NCBI GenBank assembly: GCA_951406725.2 | Contig: OX597822.1 | Location: 56,420,001 to 56,484,000 of the forward strand | DNA length: 64,000 nt | Direction of reading: 5' to 3' | DNA from: Octopus vulgaris | Taxonomy: Eukaryota | Shown here: positions 54,243-64,000 of the stretch, piece by piece | How the letters are laid out: every line of letters starts with the position of its first letter | How positions within the stretch are numbered: position 1 is the stretch's first letter | Notes under the pieces: generated by a model | The model's input: only the letters and a program-made list of their open reading frames with translations | What the model was told of the DNA's origin: nothing | Databases searched by the model: none | Translations under genes and position numbers: made by a program

Positions 54243-57200
54243 AGGAAGATTACACCGGGGACGTTTAACATGTGAGAGCGATAAAACAGTGCTCCAAAAT
54301 CTATCCACAAACATCGGAAACAAAGACATCGCATGGAGCTAAAAAATAATTGACAAAGGATTGGACTATATCCGAGTAAGTAATATTCATTGAAATTTGT
54401 TACTATTTTCAAAACGAAATGATGTATTTTAACTCGATATCATCTCTACCTCTAACACAACACATGTAAACATGCTTGATACATTACGATCTATCAACAC
54501 CAGATCATCTCCGGCCCCAAACACCATGTACAAAAAAAAACTACGAATAAATTAAATAATACCGGTATTATTCAACCCAAGAATAACAATCGGGAAGTAC
54601 GTACTTTGAACCTGTTACACAGAAAGTACGAAAAACTACACGTGCAAAACAATGTGACAATAGAAATGAACGGACCGGTACCCTACGAAAATGACGACCG
54701 TCAAAATAATGGGCCGGACGTTGTTCCTCGTGTCCCGCAAATAAAACCCAAAAGACATAAATGGACACGTGAGGAATACATTTCTGTCCTACACGCTTAA
54801 TTTACAGCAGTGCTCTACCCAAAGAATGAAAATACAACAACACATACATACAAAATAAGGAAGAAAAATAACATAAATAAAGACCTGGATACAACAATGA
54901 ACCCTAATGAACTAGCAAATATACGGAGATATATTCTCAACGCAAAAAAAAATATCAGAAATAGAAATAGAACATTTAAAAGAAAAATACACCAGGAAAA
55001 TGTAGATAGAAGCCACACAACAATGCCAAATAATATAAACACTGAAACAGTAAAACACGAAGACAAACGTAACATTTCCAACAAAAACGATGTAAACAAA
55101 AAAACAACAAACCCAGACCGTAAGGATACATAATAATACACGACAAACAGCAAGCCAAAACACGACACACAAACATACGGATGAGAAAGAAAGCGACACA
55201 AATCCCAAACCTGGAAACAACGAAGGGGAGCCTAATGATTATGAAACTATAAAAAGTAGAATAGTCAAAGAACTGAAAACCGCAGAGATCAAAATGGACC
55301 ACCGACCTTACCTCCCAAAAATCAAAATAGACAAAACAGCAACATCAATTATAAACAACATAAACATAGCCGTCACGGAACTAATAGCCACTAAAACAAA
55401 AAGCGATATCACTGAGCTAAATGACTTAGTATACGCAGCAGTCACTGCAGCCACAAAAGAAGCTGGATACTCACTCAAACCCATCCAAACAGGAGTACCA
55501 CCACCCAAACAAACCCTGTGGATAAATAACATCCAAAACAAAATCCCCAAAATGAGAAAAGATTTGTCGATTCTTAATGAAATCAGTAGACAATCAACGC
55601 TACTGAGCAACAAAAAGAAAACAAAAATACTCCGCAAATACAACATCACAGAAAAAGATTTACCTGAGATAAAAGAAAAGCTAAAGCAAGATATCCTTGC
55701 CAAAGCACAAAGGATCCGCCGGTACGAGAAACGCCAACGTTTCTTTGAACAAAACAAACAGTTCAACTCCAACCCCAAAAAGTTCTACCAAGAACTTGGC
55801 AAAAATAAAATAGAAATCACTGCAGCACCAACGGCAGAAGAAGTGGAAGAATTCTGGAGAGAAATATGGTCGACGAACGAACAACCAAAGAAAAGGAGTA
55901 TTAAAACAACAAACTCAGCATCTGAGCAACTTTGGACCCCCCTAACAACTGAAGAGGTCACCCAGGCATGCAAAGACTAAGTAACTGGAAGGCACCTGGG
56001 CATGACAAGATCCCCAACTTCTGGTTGAAATATCTAACAGGAATGCACAAAAGCTGGCTGAAAATTTTAACAACATACTGGCAGAGCCACAGACAATGCC
56101 TGAATGGCTTACGAAAAGGAAAACCATCTTAATTCCCAAATCAAATGAGACGGCAAAACCAAAAAACTACAGACCTATAACCTGTCTCCCTACAATGTAC
56201 AAAGCATTTACTGCAGTAATATCGCAAAGACTGAACAAGCACCTGGACGAAAACAACCTGTTTCCAGAAGAGCAGAAAGGATGCTGCAAAGGCTCATATG
56301 GCTGTAAAGATCAACTAATGATTAATAAAGCCATAACTGAAGACCGCCACAGAAAGAAGAAAGGCCTCAGTATGGCCTGGATCGACTACAAAAAGGCGTT
56401 TGATAGCATCCCCCACACATGGATCCTCGAAACACTAGCCATGAACAAAGTTGCACCAACAATTATAAAATACATAGGACACTCTATGAATAAATGGCAA
56501 ACAGTGCTACAGCTGTAAGGAACTTGTGAAAACCAAAGCCATCCCCATTAGAAGAGGAATATTCCAGGGAGATACGCTCTCTCCACTCCTTTTCTGCTTG
56601 GCACTGTCACCTCTCTCGGATATGCTAAACAGAACTGGATGCGGATATAAATGTTACGGCAAAATGATCAGCCACATTTTATATATGGATGACCTAAAAC
56701 TATACGCTACAAATGACAAACAGCTGGAAACACTACGAAAGACAGTTCATGGATTTACCAAAGAAATAGAAATGAAATCTGGATTAGAGAAATGCGCCAA
56801 AGTAACCTTGAAAAGAAGAAAACTAGTTAAGAGTAGCAACATCACACTAGATAAAACCAATGAAATAAAAGAATTAGACCAAAGCCAAACTAACAAATAC
56901 TTAGGAATCCATGAACTAGATAAGACACAACACACACAAATGAAAAAGAAAATAAAAAAAGAATATTATAGACGAGTTAGATCAATACTGAAAACAGAGC
57001 TCAATGCTAAAACAAGATAATAGGTATCAACACTTTAGCTGTCCCAGTTATAAGTTACAGCTACAATATCCTTAACTGGACACTAGATGAACTGACCAAA
57101 ATAGATAGGAAAACAAGAAAAATAATGACAGGACCTAGGATGCATCACCCAAAATCTGACATAGAAAGGCTATATATATACAACGTATAGATGGGGGTAG

Positions 57201-58335
57201 AGGCCTTATACAACTGGAAAACTACTATAAAATAACCACCACAGGACTGCAAAAATATCTACTTCAGAAGGAAGGAAAACTGATACAAATAGCGGCAAAA
57301 CACGAGCAAAACAAAAAACTGTTCTCAGTATTTAAGGAAGCTGACAAATACAAACAAGAAATCATACCACCTAACAAATATGAAGAAGAAGAAGAAGATG
57401 AAGAAACAACAAAAGCTATAAAACAAATGAAATCCAAACTAAAAATAGAACAGCAACGAACCATGATAAAACGATGGCAAGAAAAGCTCCTTCACGGCAA
57501 ATACTGTGTAAACTAAATGCAAAAGAAATAGACAAAGAAAAATCCCAACAACGGTTGAGAAGCTCAGGACTCAAAGCAGAGACAGAGGGATTTTTAATTG
57601 CAGCACAAGACCAAAGCCTCCCCACCAGAAATTACCAAAAACATGTAATGAAAAGAAATATAACAAGTAACTGCAGAATATGTGGAGATGGACAAGAAAC
57701 AATAAATCATATTATCTCTGGCTGCCCAGCCCTGGCTAAGAAGGAATATATTCACAGACACGACTGTGTTGGGACCTATATACACTAGAAACTATGCCAA
57801 CATTATGGAATAACAACAGAAAAAAGATGGTATAGGCACACACCAGAAAAGGTCACAGAAAACAAGAAAGCAACCATACTCTGGGATATGCCAATACATA
57901 TAGATAGAGAAATTAAGGTCAACAGACCAGATATAGTTGTCAAAGATCATGAAGAAAAAAAATGTCTTCTAATTGATGTATCAATACCCGCAGATGACAA
58001 CGTGTCTCTAAAAGAAATGGAGAAACTTTCAAAATACAAAGACCTGGAAATAGAGGTAACCAGAATGTGGAATCTAAAAACAGAAACAATTCCTATCATA
58101 GTAGGTGCATTAGGCATGATAAAAAAATATTCAGACAAATACATAACAAAAACACCAGGACTTACAAACACATATAACATACAGAAAATTGCACTACTAG
58201 GCACTGCACACATCCTACGCAGAACACTTTCCATACAATAACCATCAGAGCATCACAACAAATCACAGCACATACCCAAGGCACACAGAGCTGCGCTCGG
58301 TAGTGAAGTGAAAGCACGATATAAAAAATATACTA

Positions 58336-58340
<5 letters not shown>
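54243..58340 (+). mobile_element. Near full-length R4/Dong-like non-LTR retrotransposon with disrupted single ORF
   Basis: ORF pieces 54606-58241: RHKWTREE N-terminus, NYRPITCLPTMYK, WIDYKKAFDSIPH, GIFQGDTLSPLLF, YMDD, CCHC, RPDIVV RLE. (TAA)n tail at 58340-58420. Confidence 0.93.
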
Positions 58341-58420
<80 letters not shown>

Positions 58421-58422
<2 letters not shown>

Positions 58423-59506
58423 GTGTGCCTATACCATCCTTTTTCTGTTGTCATCCCACATTGTTGGTATAGCTTCCAGTGTCTATAGATCTCAACTGTG
58501 TCATCGGTGGATATATTCCTTCTTAGTCAAGACTGAGCAGCCAGAAACTATGATTTATTGTTTCTCCTACTACTTCTTTTTATTGTTGTTGTTTTTGTTG
58601 TTCCTCTAATTATTGTTATTTACTTTTAATCTGCATGTTCGTTACAATCACTTGCCGAGACACACCAAGCTTCCTAAGGCGAGTGAAAGATGAGAGATGT
58701 TACAGTATGGCTGAAAGCCCGGGAAGGGGAAGTGACAGGGACAGTAGCAAAATATCTTCATGTAATACTTCACAAACATTTAAATTGATAGAGTTTTTCT
58801 AAGGATCTGGGCATTACTTGTCAGCACAATCTTTTGAATTTCTCTGAGACAGTTCTCCTGGGATGTTGTCTAGATGTTTCTGACAACTCTAAGAGGAACT
58901 GTTCTTGCTCTAAAATACCATATCTTTTGCATTTCAATTTCCAGGTCCTTACATTTACTTATTTTGTTAAATTCCTTTACAGATATATTTTTATCGGTGG
59001 GAACAGTTATATCTATTAGTTTACTAGTATTTTCTTCTCTGTTTTTAATAATTATACCTGGTCGACTCATCTGGATCGTTCTGTCAAGTGTTGACTGGAA
59101 AATTCCAGAGGATAGTGATATCTTTACTTTCAACGATAGGCTCAGGCTGATGTTCATATCAGTAAGCAGGAGTGCCGATTTTGTAGTGTTTAAATATTTT
59201 CCAATGTAAATATGTCCTACCTTATCGTGGCGATTTTTGCATTCGTTTAGTGTCAGCACAGGACATCCCGAAACGAGGTGGTCTATTGTTTCGTCAAATG
59301 TGTCGCAGAAGCTGCATTTAAGGTCAGAACCGTTTTTGAAGAACGTTAGCCTCGTAGTTTCAGGTAAGCAAGCTTTGATCTTTTGCCGCCAATGTGAAAC
59401 TTTCAGTCTCTGCTTTCAGTTCTAAACGTCTCAGCCACTAATGGATTATTGCTTGGTCTACATCAGCACTTCGACTTGTTGTTGTTGTTGTTATTATTAT
59501 CATCAT

Positions 59507-59573
<67 letters not shown>

Positions 59574-59920
59574 ACTACTACTACTGTTACTGCTACTACT
59601 GCTAATACTAATACTACTACTACTAATAATAATAATACTGAAAACCTGGGTGGTACTGGCTCCATCAACAGGACTAATATAGAAATGCTAACATCCTAGT
59701 GCATTTTTCGCCTACACAGTTACGCCTGCATTTGCACTCCCTTTGTGTATTCACTCAAGAGATGAGTGATACTTTCGTCTCCTTTCCTGCAGACTCTACA
59801 TTTGCTGTCCGGTTGAGTCCTGTCGATCTTTGCCTGTATCAGGTTTGTTCTATGGGCTTGTTTCTGGGTGGCTATAATTAGCGTTTCGGTTTCTCGTTTC
59901 AAGTTTCCGTCTGTCAAATA
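58421..59920 (-). mobile_element. Several antisense fragments of older R4/Dong-like elements separated by microsatellites
   Basis: RHDKVGHIY, SRPGIIIK...LIDITVPTDKNISVKEFNKISKCKDLEIE (58870-59259) and LKRETETLIIATQ...CRVCRKGDESITHL (59720-59917). Confidence 0.75.
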
Positions 59921-59933
59921 TAGCCAGAGAGCC

Positions 59934-59993
<60 letters not shown>

Positions 59994-60344
59994 AGAGAGA
60001 GAGAGAGATCTAAATGATTTAATATATAGATAACAGCAGACTATCAGTTACGACGATGAGTGTTCCAGTTGATCTGACCAATTTCAGGGACAGTCTACAT
60101 CTGAAATTAGCGTACAAATGACTGCATTGCACAGACACTCGTACCTTTATCGTAGTTCTGAAAGGGGTTCAGCGTGACACAATATGCCAAGGCTAGTCCT
60201 ATGAAATACAGGTACAACTCATTTTTGAAAGACAGGTGCAACTCATTTTTGAAAGACAGGTGCAACTCATTTTTTGCCTGCTGAGTGAATTTGAGAGACG
60301 TGAAATAAAGTGGGAAAACACAAAATATAACAAATAAAAATGAT

Positions 60345-60350
60345 TTTATT
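60345..60350 (-). terminator. Putative polyadenylation signal AATAAA of paralog C
   Basis: tttatt on the + strand, about 50 nt downstream of the stop codon. Confidence 0.55.
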
Positions 60351-60401
60351 AATTAGATAATACAGCAATGTCAATATAGAGTGATGTGATTAACTGAGTA
60401 T

Positions 60402-60508
60402 TTAGGCAAAAAACTTCCAAAACAATATCAAAGAGAAAGAAATTGATGTGAGATAGGTCAGAATTTTTCCCTGGAATGTCCAGATATTTTGTGATCCGCT
60501 TGTTGGTC
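60402..60508 (-). CDS. Terminal coding exon of a third cholinesterase-like paralog (C); upstream exons presumably beyond the right edge
   Basis: Acceptor ttccattctgtttttcAG at 60510-60509. It reads (G)PTSGSQNIWTFQGKILTYLTSISFSLILFWKFFA*, sharing SQN-WTFQ-KILT with paralog B's last exon. The 3' UTRs are also similar. Confidence 0.8.
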
Positions 60509-61036
60509 CTGAAAAACAGAATGGAATAAAATAATCGTTCGTTAATGAGTTGTATCTTACTGCAATGGCACGAGGTATGTAATGCTGTAAGTATAGTCTA
60601 TGACAGACATACATTTGTGAGTGTATGTCTGTCTGTCTGTGTGTATGTCAGTGTGTCTGTGTGTGTTTGTGTATGTGTGTGTGTGAGAAAGAGAGAGAGG
60701 GAAGTGGGAAGTGCACATTGTAAATTTAGCCAAATTAAGTGTAACTAAACCCACCACGAATTTTATTAGAAAGCATGGTCCTAAATAAACTATATTTGAA
60801 AAGAAAATAAGAAGAAACAGCCACAGTAGGAGTGTTTGTTTGTTCATCTGGAACTAAAAAAAAAACAGTAACTATGAGACCGCAAACGAAGTTTTACCTC
60901 GTCTCTCCACCTGCTAAAACTAGCACCCAGTTTTCCTTTACGTCATTCTTAATTTCCTTAAAAGGGAAGAAGACATGAGATAAGGTGATGCTAGATAAGT
61001 CCATCGGCAAACACAAACACACAGAAAAAAAAATCA

Positions 61037-61097
<61 letters not shown>

Positions 61098-61177
61098 TAT
61101 ATACATATATATATGTTCATGCATATATATATACATATATATATATTCATAACATATATATATACATATATACATAC

Positions 61178-61259
<82 letters not shown>

Positions 61260-61262
61260 ATG

Positions 61263-61301
<39 letters not shown>

Positions 61302-61540
61302 ATGTGTATGTATGTATGCCATAAGGCCTGCGAATTTAATGGAGGCCTCAAAAAACATTTTAAGATCCACAAAGATCAGAACTTAACTACTGTTCTTGGT
61401 GGTCCAAATCAGATATGCAATAGATGTGGGAATCTTTTGAATCATTGTCATGTTTAAAAAGCCATATTAGATACCATGATAGTTCTAAGGTGTAGGTGCA
61501 GGAGGTGGTCAGATTCTGCATAAGGAATAGACAACCACCA

Positions 61541-61596
<56 letters not shown>

Positions 61597-62839
61597 TATA
61601 TATTATATATATATTATATATTATATTATTATATATATATATATATATATATAAATACAGTATATCAAAAGCTGCCCGATAGGGCGGCTTTTAAAACGAA
61701 TCCTGTGGGGCGCTTTATTATGCCTTGGGCCCAAAAATGACACTTCCTGCTTTGAGTATATGTTAAATTTTATTAAACTTCAACAATATTTTTCAAGCAG
61801 TGAACTATTTTCATCAAAACAATGATACAATTTGTCGACGTGGAACTTATACCACCACCACCATCACCACTACATCAGCCATACACACACCATGCACACT
61901 TCTGATGCCACCACCGTCAATACCTTTGACTTCGCTGCCTTCTCCTCCATCATCATCACCACTGTCTTTCACATTATTTACTCTCAATTCATCCATCACC
62001 CCCTCGGCTACCATCATCACCACATTCACCGCCGCCTCTGCAACTATCACAACTACAGCATACTATTACTATCACCCCTTTACCATCACAAAATGGCTAA
62101 ATGTGTGTGTTCGTTCAGTATGTTACTTCAGCATGTTAGTTCAGTAGTCAGTCCCTCTTTCTCTCACATAGCCACTCTTTCTCTCTCTCACTCTCTCATT
62201 ATTATTATTACTCCCACAGCCATCATCAACACTACTACTTTTAATAAAAACATCATCAACTCTCCCTATATTTTTTGTCTCCCTTTTTTCTTTCTGACTC
62301 TCTTTCTCTGTCAGTTTTCACCACCACCCTCACTGTCTCTATGCCTACTATTACTCTTGCCCCAACATGAGCAATAGTAGGAGTGTTACGGAATAGTAAG
62401 AGAAGAGGTCGAAGTGTGACACACTGACACACAGAAATTACTTTTCGCATTTATTATATTAGATATATGTGTGTGCGTGAATGTGTGTGTATATGTCTGT
62501 CTGTGTGAGTGTGTGTGTGTGTGTGTGTCTGTGTCTGTGTAAATGGATTTGCTATTTATCAGTCTTTGCTTGTTGGCCAACTATATTATTGTTGTTATTA
62601 TTCATTTTACTAATGATAGTAATTAATAATATCTATATAAAAGTTTTCAAATATTTATTCATTCAGTAATTTTATACACTGACACCAGTTTTTTTTTGGC
62701 TCTAGCATTTCAACGATTACCAAAAATAATTCGAATGTAAATAAGCACAATTATTATACACCCACGAAGAATACACTGACAATGAACAAAAATAATAAGA
62801 TGAATTATAATAATAGTAATATTAATAATAATAATGATA

Positions 62840-63560
62840 GCCGTAAGGAAATTATATGGCTAATTATCCCTTATGGGATAAATCGAAACTAACTTGAAGA
62901 AATTCTGAACATAATAAAAACAGCCTTTAAAAAGAACAAAACATACACGAAAATATTCTCAAACAAAACTATCAGAGTGGGCTATTCGACAACAAAAAAC
63001 GTTAGTAATATTATATCCTTTATAAACAACGTCAAATTAAATAACTTCTATAATAACAATTTAACTAATATTAACAATAGCTACGGAAGAAAAATAACAA
63101 TAAAAAAACATAACTGTATTTTAAATAAATACACATGTCAAGATAAATCCAAATGTAGCTTTAATAATAATTGCAACCTAGATAATGTAATTTATAAATG
63201 TACTGTAACCTCTAATAATAAGAAGAAAGAATATATAGGATCCACAGCGAATGAAATTAAAAGAAGAATTTTCCAGCATTATCAATCCATTAAAAATCTC
63301 ATAATAAATTCGACAGGCCTAAGTAAATACATATAGGAGTTGATATCTGAAAAATAGAATACACCCTTAATTGGAATATCCTTAGTAGAGCGAAGTCATA
63401 TAGAATAGGTAATAAAATGTGCTTATTATGCACAAATGAAAATACTCCAATCGAGAGAGGTATTACTGAGCAGTTCAGAAGAGAGAGGAACAACATGCCG
63501 ACATAAGAATGTATGTAATTTCCTAAACAATTATGTGGAAGATAGTTACATGTAGTTATA
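62840..63560 (+). mobile_element. Penelope-like GIY-YIG remnant
   Basis: IIWLIIPYG...IFSNKTIRVGYS...NVIYKCTV...EYIGSTANEIKRRIFQH. Confidence 0.8.
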
Positions 63561-63576
63561 ATAGAATTATATAATA

Positions 63577-63717
63577 TAAGGTTGTCCCAAAAGTTCGTAG
63601 AAAGTCTTGGAAAATAATGGTCTTTATTTTGAGGAATAATTTTTGTTGTTTTTGTTAGTACTTGGCGAATAAAAATTCAATTTTCGCAAGTGTTTACGAA
63701 CTTTTGGGACAACCTAA
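63577..63717. mobile_element. Small mariner-like MITE
   Basis: TIRs AGGTTGTCCCAAAAGTTCGTA / TACGAACTTTTGGGACAACCT with TA flanks. Confidence 0.8.
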
Positions 63718-64000
63718 TAGTATTAGATACGGATATACCGAGAACCAAGAATATATTTAAAGAATATTACATTAAAAGGAATAGACAGGCCACATTTAAT
63801 ATAACATAATTCTTTAAATCTTTAACACTAGAGAAAAAATCCAGTTATAGCTAAATTTCAGAGTATCTTGATATTATCTCGCCTTGAATTCAATCTCTCA
63901 AATATTATTAGTCTTAGAGAATTTTTCAGAGTAGTATATTTTATTTATGTTATTCCTATAATACTTAGCGACGACAAAGGGAGTAGCCATTTGCACAGGA

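Noticed and set aside
60898-60956. 59-bp minus-strand segment bounded by a good acceptor and a GT donor within paralog C's last intron
   Set aside because: In the required phase it reads G-N-stop, it is not a multiple of three, and no homolog was seen in paralog B.
61800-62377. His/Thr-rich ORFs of 115-181 aa
   Set aside because: Degenerate (CAC/CAT)n low-complexity sequence with no recognisable domain or splice context.

Overview
AT-rich, microsatellite-saturated eukaryotic genomic DNA. The SINE families, repeat load and gene content point to an octopus or other cephalopod; this is inference. The host-gene content is a head-to-tail, minus-strand tandem array of at least three cholinesterase/AChE-like paralogs. 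Paralog A has its large coding exon at 2971-4460, with its 3' exons off the left edge. Paralog B has a complete CDS reconstructed here from three exons (44878-43392, 38281-38097, 34541-34438; about 591 aa) ending in a GPI-signal-like tail. Paralog C is represented only by its terminal exon (60508-60402). A and B keep the Ser/Glu/His triad but have lost most aromatic gorge residues of true AChE. B also has W84F, G119A and E199Q (Torpedo numbering, aligned by eye). The rest is transposon debris: many Penelope-like GIY-YIG remnants whose pseudo-LTRs carry minimal hammerhead ribozymes, R4/Dong-like RLE LINEs sitting in (TAA)n, HERO-like and L1/Tx1-like LINE remnants, Tc1/mariner elements and MITEs, two non-autonomous Helitrons and tRNA-derived SINEs. 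There are several fold-back palindromes, including one with perfect 236-bp arms just upstream of paralog B's main exon. Boundaries of degenerate repeats are approximate.
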